Source: an uncultured Propionibacteriaceae bacterium
GTDB lineage: Bacteria > Actinomycetota > Actinomycetes > Propionibacteriales > Propionibacteriaceae
Length of the DNA stretch: 64,000 bases
Direction of reading: 5' to 3'
NCBI GenBank assembly: GCA_938046585.1
Contig: CALIWR010000005.1
Location: forward strand, 69,799-133,798
In this document: positions 31,784-40,803 of the stretch, in pieces
Layout: the number at the start of each line of letters is the position of its first letter
Numbering within the stretch: the stretch's first letter is position 1
The notes under the pieces: generated by a model
Database searches by the model: none
Seen by the model: only the letters and a program-made list of their open reading frames with translations
Told to the model about the DNA's origin: nothing
Position numbers and translations under genes: made by a program

Positions 31784-32599
31784 TCAGATCGACCGTAGCT
31801 GCGTCACCTGGACCGCCACCTGATCGTGGACCGGCCCGGTCCCGGCGACGGCGCCGTGGAAGGCGTTCGGACCCATAGCGACTAGGTCAGCGACCTGGCC
31901 GGTGTCGAGATTTAGATCATGGCGCAGAACCTCGACGTGACCGGGCCGGAAATAGTCGGCCGCCGCGTCTGACCAGCGTTCTTGCTTGTCCGGTTCGATA
32001 TTGAGCAGGCCCAGGCGAGCGCGCAGCCCGGCTAGATGGTCGGGCAGGGGCAATACCACTACCAGCAGCCCACCGGGGCGCAGCAGCCGGTGAAACTCCG
32101 CCGGGTTCCGGGGCGCGAAAACCGAGCAGATCGCATCGACCGAACCAGTGCGCACCGGCAACCCACGCCAGGTATCAGCGACCACCGCGGCCAGCTGTGG
32201 ATGGGCACGCGCCGCGCGCCGAGCCGCTGCCACTGAGACGTCGCTGGCCACGCCCACCGTCTCGGGCAACGCGTCCAAGGCCCGGGCCAGGTAGAAACCG
32301 GTGCCGGCTCCCGGCTCCACCACCACTCGTGGGGCGGCATCGGCGACCAGTCTGGCCACCAGGTCGACCAGCGGGTCGTACGCGCCGCTGCCCAGAAACC
32401 GGTCCCGGGCGGCCAGCATCGGCGCCGTATCGGCATTGGCGGGCTGTGGCCCGCCGAGCAGGTTCAGGTAGCCCTGGCGGGCCACGTCGTGGCAGTGCCC
32501 GGCTGGGCACCGGACCGGCCTAGCGGTTAGGTCCAGGTCCCCGCCGCAAGCAGGGCAGATCAGCAGACCGGCCGCGGCTACGAGGTTCACAGGGCCCGC
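31784..32599 (-). CDS. class I SAM-dependent methyltransferase with N-terminal zinc ribbon (RlmA/RrmA-like 23S rRNA G-N1 methyltransferase)
   Basis: CPACGG...CPAGH zinc-finger followed by the SAM motif VVEPGAGTGFY and the post-I/II motifs. GTG at 32599 is chosen; the 5' ORF extension overlapping the SDR gene is rejected. Confidence 0.7.
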   Translation of the reverse strand, partial: AGPVNLVAAAGLLICPACGGDLDLTARPVRCPAGHCHDVARQGYLNLLGGPQPANADTAPMLAARDRFLGSGAYDPLVDLVARLVADAAPRVVVEPGAGTGFYLARALDALPETVGVASDVSVAAARRAARAHPQLAAVVADTWRGLPVRTGSVDAICSVFAPRNPAEFHRLLRPGGLLVVVLPLPDHLAGLRARLGLLNIEPDKQERWSDAAADYFRPGHVEVLRHDLNLDTGQVADLVAMGPNAFHGAVAGTGPVHDQVAVQVTQLRSI

Positions 32600-33339
32600 A
32601 TCGAGCCGCCGTCCACGGCGATCACCGAGCCATTGATGTACGAGGCCTTGGGCGAGAGCAGGAAGGCTGCCACGGCGCCGAATTCCTCGGGACGACCCAA
32701 CCGCCCCATCGGGATCGACGCCTCCTGCTCGCGTCGGGCCTGCTCCGGGTCCGGGCTGGCGCGGCGGAGCACCTGGAGCCGTTCGGTGTCGATCAGGCCG
32801 GGCAACATGGCGAAGGTCCGCCCACCTTGTGGCGCGATCTCGTCGCCCAGCTGCTTGACCAACATCGCCAGACCGGGCCGCAGCCCGTTCGAGATCGCCA
32901 TCGTGGCCAACGGGCTTTTTACCGAGGTCGACAGCACAAAACCCAGCACTGCCGCCGCAGCGGTCGTGGTAGCGGCCCGGGCCAGCCGCAGCGCCGGCAG
33001 GAAGACCGAGCCGAAACCGTCGAGCCATTCCTGGTCGGTGTTGCCGAGAACCTGTCCGCGCGGCGGACCGCCAACGCTGACCAGGGCCCCGTCCAGACGC
33101 CCAAACCGTTCCACGGCTAGATCGCAGGCCCGCTGTGGTGTGGTCGGGTCTGCAAGGTCAGCGGCCAGCGGGACCAGGGTGCCATCATGGTCGGCGGCCC
33201 AATCGTCCAGCACCTGCTGACGGCGGGCCACCGCCACCACCTGGGCGCCCTCGGCGAGTAGTGCCTCGCCGGTCGCCCGGCCCAGCCCGGCGCTGGCCGC
33301 AGTGACCACGTAGCAGCGGCCTCGTAGCTCAAGATCCAT
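32587..33339 (-). CDS. short-chain dehydrogenase/reductase (SDR)
   Basis: TAASAGLGRA (TGxxxGxG variant), and a C-terminal SPKASYINGSVIAVDGG typical of SDRs. 250 aa. Confidence 0.8.
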   Translation of the reverse strand: MDLELRGRCYVVTAASAGLGRATGEALLAEGAQVVAVARRQQVLDDWAADHDGTLVPLAADLADPTTPQRACDLAVERFGRLDGALVSVGGPPRGQVLGNTDQEWLDGFGSVFLPALRLARAATTTAAAAVLGFVLSTSVKSPLATMAISNGLRPGLAMLVKQLGDEIAPQGGRTFAMLPGLIDTERLQVLRRASPDPEQARREQEASIPMGRLGRPEEFGAVAAFLLSPKASYINGSVIAVDGGSMRAL

Positions 33340-33430
33340 CTGGCCTCCTCGACCTCCTCGGCCGGCCTTGGTGATCAGGTCGGCCCGTCCAACGAGCCTC
33401 GTGCTCCATGCGTACCAGGGCGGAGAGTGG

Positions 33431-34957
33431 CTAGGTGATGACTATCGCCTTTTCTGGGTCGCTGCTGCGCTCGACGTCAGGCAGGCCGTCGCGGACGATC
33501 CAGACCGTTACCGACAGCTTCTTGCCCCGGTCAGCGGCGGTTGGGACATACCAGCGTTGGGTTGCTCCTGGCACCGGCTTGCCGTCGATCTTCCACTGTT
33601 GGCGCATGTCCTTCACGTATGGGTACCAGCTGTTGGAGAAGGCCTGCGCCTTCGAGCCGACCGTGGCCGGACCGTTGAACTTGACCTCCGGCTGCCCCTC
33701 CAGGGCGGGAACCAGGATCTGGGCGCTGGTGCGGACCGCGGGGGCGGCCCCGGCCTGGGACGCGGTCACGCTCACCGACAGGTGATGGAAGACATCCGCC
33801 TGGCTGATCTGATAATCGGTCTTGGTGGCGCCGGGAATCGGCTGCCCGTCGCGTCGCCACTGGTAACTGATCGTCGCGGGAGCCGGGACGAAAGCCCGGT
33901 GGTGGACCTGAAGAGTAGAGCCGAGAGCCACCTTTCCCGTGATCGCAGGATTCGGGTGAGACGACCATCCGTCGACACCAGGCAGCTTCCAGTCGGGACG
34001 AGCGACAAAACTGAGTTCCCCCATGGGGATCTTCGTGATCGGCTCTTGTACCACCCCGCCTGGGGTCTTGGGGCCGTAGGAGTGGATTACCTGTTTGTTC
34101 CCGACATAGACCGCGGTGTGGTACACGTTGCCGAAGAAAGCTCCGGTGTTCTCATCTTTACCCTCGGGCCGTTGGCGAGAGAAGAACAGAATGTCCCCGA
34201 CGGCCAGCTGCTTAACCACCTCATTCGGATCCTGCGATGAGGGCAGCCACAACCGCTGGTTGTTCTGGAACCACAGCGCCAATCGGTTTGCGCCCACCAT
34301 CCGGGAGGTGCCTTGCTCCTTGCCGAAGTCAATCGCCGCCCCGACGACGGTATTCTGGTCTGCCACGTACGTCGTCGACGAGTAGCTGTACCCGTACAGC
34401 AGCATCGCCGCGAAGTTGCTGCAGGTGATCGGATACGGGGGCTGTTCTTTGTACAGCTTGTGCACCGGTTCTGCGGTCATCAACGGAGCCTTGCGCTTCG
34501 CATCCCAGATCAGATTCCTGCCCGCGGCCACGAAAGTCTGTGCCCGGGCAACGACGTCGTGGGTGGTCTGGTCTGGGGCGGCCGCCGCCGGCACGTCACG
34601 CCGCAACTGAGCCGGTACGGCGAAACGGCCGTTCTGGAGCGGGATCCCGATCCGCTGTAACGATGTCTCGGCGGGCGGCGAGTCCAGGATCTGGAAAAGC
34701 TGGGGGAAACCGTCGTTCCAGGTCGCGGACCCCCTGGTCCACACCAGACCCGGCAATGCGGTTGCCCGCTTGAGATCCTCGGGGGTGTCGAGGGACAGAA
34801 TCGGTTGGGTGGTGGACTGTGCGGCGGGAGAGGCCGAGACCGACGCCGTGCCGTTCGCGCCCGGTGTCCGTGCGATGACGGCCTGGGCGGAAACGGTAGC
34901 GACGCCGGCGCAGGTCAGCGTGATCCCCGTAGCGACAGCAATGATGAAGCGCTTCAT
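33431..34957 (-). CDS. secreted NlpC/P60-like (C40 peptidase-like) protein with two C-terminal Ig-like repeats
   Basis: Signal peptide (MKRFIIAVATGITLTCAGVATVSAQA), a central region with Cys and His candidates (ITCSNFAAMLLYGYSYS ... GNVYHTAVYVGNKQVIHS) and two tandem ~45-aa repeats (QWRRDGQPIPGATKTDYQISQADVFHHLSVSVTA and QWKIDGKPVPGATQRWYVPTAADRGKKLSVTVWI). Confidence 0.6.
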   Translation of the reverse strand: MKRFIIAVATGITLTCAGVATVSAQAVIARTPGANGTASVSASPAAQSTTQPILSLDTPEDLKRATALPGLVWTRGSATWNDGFPQLFQILDSPPAETSLQRIGIPLQNGRFAVPAQLRRDVPAAAAPDQTTHDVVARAQTFVAAGRNLIWDAKRKAPLMTAEPVHKLYKEQPPYPITCSNFAAMLLYGYSYSSTTYVADQNTVVGAAIDFGKEQGTSRMVGANRLALWFQNNQRLWLPSSQDPNEVVKQLAVGDILFFSRQRPEGKDENTGAFFGNVYHTAVYVGNKQVIHSYGPKTPGGVVQEPITKIPMGELSFVARPDWKLPGVDGWSSHPNPAITGKVALGSTLQVHHRAFVPAPATISYQWRRDGQPIPGATKTDYQISQADVFHHLSVSVTASQAGAAPAVRTSAQILVPALEGQPEVKFNGPATVGSKAQAFSNSWYPYVKDMRQQWKIDGKPVPGATQRWYVPTAADRGKKLSVTVWIVRDGLPDVERSSDPEKAIVIT

Positions 34958-35003
34958 CGACTGCTCCTGGTGGTGGACGGCCGAATCTGGCTGTTGGGCT
35001 GAT

Positions 35004-35077
35004 GCGTGCCCCGAGCCAAGCACGTGCTCGGGGCACCTGGCAAGCCTCGCTGGTGATTGGCCAGATCACCGGCTCCC
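35004..35077. promoter_or_regulatory. two palindromes in the divergent NlpC/P60-fabG1 intergenic region
   Basis: Perfect 11-bp inverted repeat GTGCCCCGAGC-n9-GCTCGGGGCAC (35004-35034) and a second near-palindrome GGTGAT-TGGCCA-GATCACC (35058-35077) between divergently transcribed genes. Confidence 0.35.
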
Positions 35078-35117
35078 AGCGCGGCACGACTCTCCCGCGG
35101 AGTGCCGGCGCGACCCG

Positions 35118-35858
35118 ATGTGGCTGTCACCCGCTAGGTTGGCCGACGTGAACCAGACACCGCGTACCGTGCTCGTGACTGGCGCCAGCAAAGGCATCGG
35201 CGCCGCCATCGCCTCTCACCTGGCCGTCGCTGGCCACCGGGTGATCGGAACCTACCGCTGCGGTGGCGTCCCGGACCGTGTGGTAGGGGTCCAGGCTGAC
35301 ATCACCGACCCGGTCCAGATCGAGGCCGCTTTCACGGCAGCTGAGGAGCACGGCCCGGTCGAGGTGCTGGTCTGTAACGCCGGAATCACCGCCGATACGC
35401 TGACTATCCGGATGTCTGACGAGCAGTGGGACCAGGTGATCGCCACCAATCTCACCGCATCTTTCCGACTGGCCCGGCGTGCCGTCCGGCCGATGATGCG
35501 GGCCCGGTACGGCCGGGTGATTTTCGTGTCCTCGGTGGTGGCGCTGATGGGTTCCGCCGGCCAGGTCAACTACGCCGCGTCGAAGGCTGGACTGATCGGC
35601 ATGGCCCGGTCCCTGACCCGTGAACTGGGGGGACGCGGGATCACCTTCAACGTGGTGACCCCCGGTTTCATCAAGACCGACATGACCGCGGTCCTGGACC
35701 CGGAGGTGGTCAAGGGATACCAGGCGCGGATCCCGGCGGGCCGGCTCGGCTCCGCCGCCGACGTGGCGGCTGCGGTCGAGTTCTTGGTGTCCGACCAGGC
35801 AGGCTATATCTCGGGCGCGGTGCTGCCGGTCGACGGCGGCCTGGGCATGGGTCACTGA
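35118..35858 (+). CDS. fabG: 3-oxoacyl-[ACP] reductase (MabA/FabG1-like)
   Basis: Alignable end-to-end with mycobacterial MabA: TVLVTGASKGIG, NAGI, catalytic S...YAASKAG, and a C-terminal ISGAVLPVDGGLGMGH identical in pattern to MabA's GAVIPVDGGMGMGH. ATG at 35118 gives the MabA-length N-terminus. Confidence 0.9.
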   Translation: MWLSPARLADVNQTPRTVLVTGASKGIGAAIASHLAVAGHRVIGTYRCGGVPDRVVGVQADITDPVQIEAAFTAAEEHGPVEVLVCNAGITADTLTIRMSDEQWDQVIATNLTASFRLARRAVRPMMRARYGRVIFVSSVVALMGSAGQVNYAASKAGLIGMARSLTRELGGRGITFNVVTPGFIKTDMTAVLDPEVVKGYQARIPAGRLGSAADVAAAVEFLVSDQAGYISGAVLPVDGGLGMGH

Positions 35859-35869
35859 GGAGGAGAACG

Positions 35870-36640
35870 GTGGGCATTCTGGAAGGCAAACGGGTCCTGG
35901 TCGCGGGGGTCACTCACACTACCTCGATCGGGTACGCCGTGGCGCAGGTCGCTCAGGCTGAAGGCGCGACGGTACTGGTGTCGAATTTCGGCCGGGCGCT
36001 GAGCCTGACCCGTCGGGTGGTGCAGCGGCTGGACCCGGTGCCACCGGTGCTGGAACTCGACGTCAGCAATGACGAACACCTGGCTGGTCTGGCAGACCAG
36101 ATCCGTGAACATCTGGACGGGTTGGACGGGCTGGTGCATTCGATCGCGTACGCCAACCCGGAGACCGCGCTCGGGGGACACTTCCTGGAGACCGAATGGG
36201 TCGACGTCGGGCAGGCGCTGCAGGTGTCGGCGTACTCCATGGCCTCCCTGGTGAGGGCCGCGAAACCGGTTCTGAGTGCGGGAGCCTCGGTGGTCGGCCT
36301 GACCTTCGACGCGAGCCTGAGCTGGCCGATGTACGACTGGATGGGGGTCGCCAAGGCGGCCCTGGAATCCACCTCGCGCTACCTCGCCCGCTACCTGGGA
36401 CCGGACCAGATCCGATCCAATATCGTCTCGGCCGGGCCGCTCGACACCCTGGCCAAGAAGGCCATCCCGGGGGTCGCCGACCTCGACGCTACCTGGGGTC
36501 AGCGGGCCGCCCTGGGCTGGGATCCGACCGATGCCGTTCCCACCGCGAAGGCCGTCGTGGCCCTGCTGTCGGACTGGTTCAGCAAGACCACCGGCGAGAT
36601 CATCCACGTCGACGGCGGGGTTCACTCCACCGGCGCCTAG
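35870..36640 (+). CDS. inhA: NADH-dependent enoyl-[ACP] reductase (InhA/FabI)
   Basis: 256 aa alignable to InhA (GKRVLVAGV, LELDVSNDEHLAGLA, VHSIAYA, catalytic Y...K region WMGVAKAALES, LLSDW...TTGEIIHVDGG). It lies 11 nt after fabG, the same two-gene arrangement as the mycobacterial mabA-inhA operon. Confidence 0.9.
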   Translation: MGILEGKRVLVAGVTHTTSIGYAVAQVAQAEGATVLVSNFGRALSLTRRVVQRLDPVPPVLELDVSNDEHLAGLADQIREHLDGLDGLVHSIAYANPETALGGHFLETEWVDVGQALQVSAYSMASLVRAAKPVLSAGASVVGLTFDASLSWPMYDWMGVAKAALESTSRYLARYLGPDQIRSNIVSAGPLDTLAKKAIPGVADLDATWGQRAALGWDPTDAVPTAKAVVALLSDWFSKTTGEIIHVDGGVHSTGA

Positions 36641-36661
36641 GGCCGGGGTAGGTTCATCGGC

Positions 36662-37456
36662 ATGACCGCTGTCGTCGAGATCGCCGAGGTCACGGTCCGC
36701 CGTGGCCAGTCACTGCTGCTGGACCGGATCGATCTGACGGTCTGCGAGGGGGACCGGTGGGTAGTGATCGGACCCAACGGCGCCGGGAAGACGACCCTGC
36801 TGCGGGTCCTCGCCACCCAGATCCACCCCACCTGCGGTGTGGCAGGGATCCTGGGTGAGGTCCTGGGCGCGGTCGACGTCTTTGACCTGCGGCCCCGGAT
36901 CGGGCTCGCCTCCTCGGCCCTGGCCGAGCAGATCCCGTATCAGGAACGGGTCGATGACGTGGTGGTCTCCGCTGCCCACGGGGTGGTTGGCCGCTGGAAG
37001 GAAGACTACGAGGACCAGGACTTCACCCGGGCCCGGGCCCTGATGGGGCTGCTGCGGGTGGACGGCCTGGGAGAGCGGACCTTCGGTACCCTGAGCGAGG
37101 GCGAACGCAAACGAGTCCAGATTGCCCGAGCCCTGATGACCGACCCGGAACTGCTGCTGCTCGACGAACCGGGAGCCGGGCTGGACTTGGCCGGGCGAGA
37201 AGCCCTGGTCGAGACCCTGACCGCGTTGGCCGAGGACCCGCAGGCCCCGACCTCGGTGATGGTCACCCACCATGTCGAGGAGATCCCGGCCGGGATCACC
37301 CACTGCCTGCTACTCAAAGCGGGTCGGGTGGTCGCGGCGGGGCCGATCCGCGAGACCCTGACCGCAGCCAACCTGTCGCGGACCTTCGATCTGCGACTTC
37401 TGGTCGACGAACGCGACGGCCGCTGGGTCGCACGAGCCGAACGTCACCAGGGCTGA
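36662..37456 (+). CDS. orphan ABC transporter ATP-binding protein (single NBD)
   Basis: Walker A GPNGAGKTT, signature LSEGERKRVQIARAL, Walker B LLLLDEP and H-loop MVTHH. No permease gene is adjacent. Confidence 0.8.
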   Translation: MTAVVEIAEVTVRRGQSLLLDRIDLTVCEGDRWVVIGPNGAGKTTLLRVLATQIHPTCGVAGILGEVLGAVDVFDLRPRIGLASSALAEQIPYQERVDDVVVSAAHGVVGRWKEDYEDQDFTRARALMGLLRVDGLGERTFGTLSEGERKRVQIARALMTDPELLLLDEPGAGLDLAGREALVETLTALAEDPQAPTSVMVTHHVEEIPAGITHCLLLKAGRVVAAGPIRETLTAANLSRTFDLRLLVDERDGRWVARAERHQG

Positions 37457-37459
37457 GTC

Positions 37460-37720
37460 ATGGACCTCAATCTCAACGACTGGCTGGGCCGTCACCTGTG
37501 GCTGCTGTGGTTGTTCCTGGCTGCTCTGTGCGTGGCGCTGGAGTTGTTGCGTCGAGACCGCTGGTACGCCACCTTGGCAGCCGCCGCCGGGATTACCGCG
37601 CTGCTGGCTTTGGCATTGGGGCGGCTGTGGTGGGCTCAGGTGCCGATCCTGGTGGTGTTGTTCGTGGTGGGTCTGCTCGTGCTGCGGCCCCGGCTGCGTC
37701 GTGGCGCGCCAGACTCCTAG
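37460..37720 (+). CDS. small membrane protein (2 TM), coupled to the preceding ABC ATPase
   Basis: 86 aa with two hydrophobic helices (LWLLWLFLAALCVALELL, VPILVVLFVVGLLVL). The start is 3 nt after the ATPase stop. Confidence 0.45.
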   Translation: MDLNLNDWLGRHLWLLWLFLAALCVALELLRRDRWYATLAAAAGITALLALALGRLWWAQVPILVVLFVVGLLVLRPRLRRGAPDS

Positions 37721-38715
37721 GGGAGGCCCGATGAGGGCTGGGCCGCTGCTTCACCCTGGCGGGCGTAGCGCCCGGCCAGCACCGAGCAGGCCATCAGCTG
37801 GATCTGGTGGAAGACCATCAGCGGTAGCACCAGCAGTCCGATCGGCATTCCTGCGAACAGCACCTGCGCCATCGGCAGCCCGGTGGCCATCGACTTCTTG
37901 GTCCCGCAGAACTGGATCGCGATCGCATCCTCCCGGTTGAAACCCAGTCGGCGGGCGGTGAACCAGGTCAGTGTCAGCATCAGCAACACCACCAGCAGAC
38001 AGACCACGACCAGCACCACCAGCTGGAACGGGGTCGTCCGCGACCACATCTGCTCCTCAACCCCCCGCGAGAAGGCCAGATAGACCACCATCACGATCGA
38101 TGCCTGGTCGACCAGCCGCAGCGGCGCTTTGTAAGTAGCCACGACATCAGCTGTCCAGCGGCGCGACAGCTGCCCCAGGCAGAAGGGCAGTAGCAGCTGG
38201 AGGGCGATATCGACGATCGCCGAGGCCCCCACCTGAACCCGGCCGGAGGTCGCCAACAGCACCATCACCAGGGTCGGGGTGAGCACCACCCCGAGCAGGT
38301 TCGAGGTTGACGAGCTGACGATCGCGCCCGCGACATTACCCCGGGCGATCGATGTGAAGGCGACCGCGGACTGGACCGTGGCCGGCACGGTCATCAGGTA
38401 CAGCAGACCGGTGTACAACTCGGCGGACAGGAGACGCGGCGAGAGCACCCCGAGCGCCAGCCCGACCACGGGAAACACCAGGTAGGTGAAAGCCAAGATG
38501 GTCAGGTGAAGCCGCCAGTGTGTGAGACCCACCAGCGCCTCGGATGGTTTCAGCCGGGCCCCGTACAGGAAGAACAACGCGAAGATCGCCACCGTGATCG
38601 CCCAGCTCAGCGCGGTCTGGGCGCTGCCGGTGGCCGGCAGAAAAGAGGCGACCACCGCCGCCACCACGATGGCGATCAGAAAACCGTCCGGCTTGAGCTG
38701 CCTCACCCACCCCAC
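37717..38715 (-). CDS. bile acid:sodium symporter (BASS/SBF) family transporter
   Basis: 332 aa with ~9-10 TM helices and the conserved FCGTKKSMATG and LLLPFCLGQL segments seen in BASS/ACR3-like carriers. Confidence 0.65.
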   Translation of the reverse strand: MGWVRQLKPDGFLIAIVVAAVVASFLPATGSAQTALSWAITVAIFALFFLYGARLKPSEALVGLTHWRLHLTILAFTYLVFPVVGLALGVLSPRLLSAELYTGLLYLMTVPATVQSAVAFTSIARGNVAGAIVSSSTSNLLGVVLTPTLVMVLLATSGRVQVGASAIVDIALQLLLPFCLGQLSRRWTADVVATYKAPLRLVDQASIVMVVYLAFSRGVEEQMWSRTTPFQLVVLVVVCLLVVLLMLTLTWFTARRLGFNREDAIAIQFCGTKKSMATGLPMAQVLFAGMPIGLLVLPLMVFHQIQLMACSVLAGRYARQGEAAAQPSSGLP

Positions 38716-38767
38716 CGTGAGCTCCTCTCGACCCGCACCAGGGTAGAGGCCCCGCTATCGTCAGCGG

Positions 38768-39559
38768 GTGAGCGTCGTTCAGCTGAGCAGTGTTGACGAT
38801 CCGCGCGCCGCGGACTATGTGGCTCTGCGGGAGGCAACGTTGCGCCGCCCGGGCGCTGACGCGGCCTTCATCGCTGAGGGTGAGCTGGTAATCCGCCGGG
38901 CCGTGGCTGCGGGTTACCAGCCGCGTTCGTTCCTGCTGGCTCCGCGCTGGGTGGAGCCGCTGCGCGAGGTCTGGCAGGGCTTCTCGGTCCCGGTACTGAC
39001 TGCCCCGGCCGCTACGATCGAGGCTCTCACCGGGTTCCACGTCCATCGCGGGGCCTTGGCCTCGTTCCGGCGTGAACAGCGTTGGACAGTTCCCGGCCTG
39101 CTGGCTCACTGCTCACGGCTGGTCGTGGCCCAGGATGTGGTCGACCACGCCAATCTGGGGGCGATCGCCCGGACCACCGCGGCCCTGGGCTGGGACGGGT
39201 TGCTGTTGAGCCCGGGTTCGGCTGATCCGCTGTACCGGCGGGCGATCAAGGCCAGCATGGGAGTGGTGCTCGGGCTGGCCTGGGCCCGAGCCCATGACAA
39301 CAGCCAGGTGCTGCGTGAGCTACGAACAGCCGGTTTCACCACTGTGGCGCTGGCCCTGAGCCCCGACGCCACCGACTTGGCCGAGGTGGCTCGCCAGGAT
39401 CTTGGGCGTCGGGCGATCTTGCTCGGCACCGAGGGACACGGTCTAAGCCCAGATTGGGTCGCGGCCGCCGATGTGGTGGCCCGGATCCCGATGGCGGCCG
39501 GGGTGGATTCGCTAAACGTGGCGGCCGCCGCGGCGGTCGCGGCCTACGTTCTGCGTTAA
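38768..39559 (+). CDS. SpoU/TrmH-family RNA 2'-O-methyltransferase
   Basis: C-terminal SPOUT knot motifs (LVVAQDVVDHANLGAIARTTAALGW, ILLGTEGHGLS, IPMAAGVDSLNVAAAAAVAAY). Confidence 0.8.
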   Translation: MSVVQLSSVDDPRAADYVALREATLRRPGADAAFIAEGELVIRRAVAAGYQPRSFLLAPRWVEPLREVWQGFSVPVLTAPAATIEALTGFHVHRGALASFRREQRWTVPGLLAHCSRLVVAQDVVDHANLGAIARTTAALGWDGLLLSPGSADPLYRRAIKASMGVVLGLAWARAHDNSQVLRELRTAGFTTVALALSPDATDLAEVARQDLGRRAILLGTEGHGLSPDWVAAADVVARIPMAAGVDSLNVAAAAAVAAYVLR

Positions 39560-39560
39560 A

Positions 39561-40031
39561 TCACTGGCCGACAGCCGCGGCGATCCCGTGGTAACGCTGC
39601 TCGCTCAGTAGCTGCCACGTGTCGATATGGCGGATCGTGACCCGAACGACCAGATCCGTGTCGAGGCTGACGACGTACAGCCGGCCCGGGATCTCGTCTC
39701 GGGTGGCGTTGCGGTTGATCTCGGCCAGCAGGTGCAGCAGCCGGGGAACCACCTCATGGGGGACCGGGTGGCTGACCAACGGATGTCGTGATCCGTCGGA
39801 GGTCAGCGCGGCCAGGGACCCGCTGTCGGTACGTCCGATCCCGACAACCGACTCCAACCAGACCGCACCGTGGGTCGTCACCAGGCACGCTGCCCGGCCG
39901 GCGATAGTGGCTCGAACCTGGGGTGGTGGCTCGTGATCGGCACTGGCCCGTGGCGTGGGTTCCGGTTCTGCTTGGCTCTGAGACACGTCGATGTCCTCCA
40001 TGTCCTCAATGGCTCGGCGGGGTCTGGCCAT
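39561..40031 (-). CDS. conserved hypothetical protein (possibly DUF3000-like)
   Basis: 156 aa, acidic N-terminus, no motifs recognised. It is kept as a gene because it fills a gap and lies on the same strand as def, 3 nt downstream of it. Confidence 0.4.
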   Translation of the reverse strand: MARPRRAIEDMEDIDVSQSQAEPEPTPRASADHEPPPQVRATIAGRAACLVTTHGAVWLESVVGIGRTDSGSLAALTSDGSRHPLVSHPVPHEVVPRLLHLLAEINRNATRDEIPGRLYVVSLDTDLVVRVTIRHIDTWQLLSEQRYHGIAAAVGQ

Positions 40032-40034
40032 GGC

Positions 40035-40640
40035 TCAACGACCCTCTCGCGCCGGGTCGAACGGGAGCTTGGGCGACACCGGCCAGTCTGGCGGGTAGCG
40101 GTAGGCCAGGCGTTCCTGTTTGCGGTCCAGGGATTTGCGTCGTCGCAGCGAGAGTCGATCACCGAAGACGATCCCGTTCAGATGATCTGTCTCGTGCTGT
40201 AGGCAACGGGCCAGCATGCCGGTCCCGATGACCTCGATCGGCTCTCCCTCAAGGTCTTGACCATGACAGACCGCATAGTCGGGTCGCGCCAGGGTCTCAT
40301 AAGCGCCGGGGAAAGACAAGCATCCCTCCTCGCCCTCCTCCAGGTTGCGAGCCCGGCCCTCAGGAAGGGTGACGACCGGGTTACAGACTGCCCCGACCCG
40401 GATGACGTCGTCGCCGTCAGCGCATGCGAAAACGAACATCGCGATGTCTCGCCCGATCTGGGTGGCGGCCAGCCCGACTCCCTGAGCCGCGGCCTGGGTC
40501 GCGAACATGTCCCGCGCCATATCCCGCAGCCCAGCGTCGAACGTTGTCACCGGGCGGGTCCTGGTGTGCATCACCGATTCGCCCCAGCGGGTGATCGGCA
40601 GGACCGAGCCACCCGTCGTCAGATCTCGGATGTCCATCGT
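40035..40640 (-). CDS. def: peptide deformylase
   Basis: The three Def motifs are present: GVGLAATQIG, EGCLSFPG and QHETDHLNG. The start is set at MDIRDL... to match the usual N-terminal length; the first ATG of the ORF is 13 codons upstream. Confidence 0.85.
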   Translation of the reverse strand, partial: TMDIRDLTTGGSVLPITRWGESVMHTRTRPVTTFDAGLRDMARDMFATQAAAQGVGLAATQIGRDIAMFVFACADGDDVIRVGAVCNPVVTLPEGRARNLEEGEEGCLSFPGAYETLARPDYAVCHGQDLEGEPIEVIGTGMLARCLQHETDHLNGIVFGDRLSLRRRKSLDRKQERLAYRYPPDWPVSPKLPFDPAREGR

Positions 40641-40803
40641 CCTCCCTCGTCCCGTTTCCCGAACCAGGCTATCGGCCACAGCGCCGTTGCGAAGCCATCA
40701 GATCATGATGTGCCCTCCGAATATTGGCAGCGGCCAGAACCTGGACCCGTGCCCGGCATCCGTCGACACGAATCCGGTAGGCCGCCGGCTGCGGCGGTAG
40801 CTG

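Noticed and set aside
32600-33028. 5' extension of the RlmA-like methyltransferase ORF
   Set aside because: It overlaps the SDR gene on the same strand in another frame. The Zn-ribbon N-terminus starts at GTG 32599.
33368-34240. 290-aa plus-strand ORF antisense to the NlpC/P60-like gene
   Set aside because: No motifs and compositionally biased. The opposite strand encodes a protein with a signal peptide and repeats.
34770-35117. 116-codon 5' extension of the fabG ORF
   Set aside because: It overlaps the NlpC/P60-like gene start and intergenic palindromes. ATG 35118 gives a MabA-length N-terminus.
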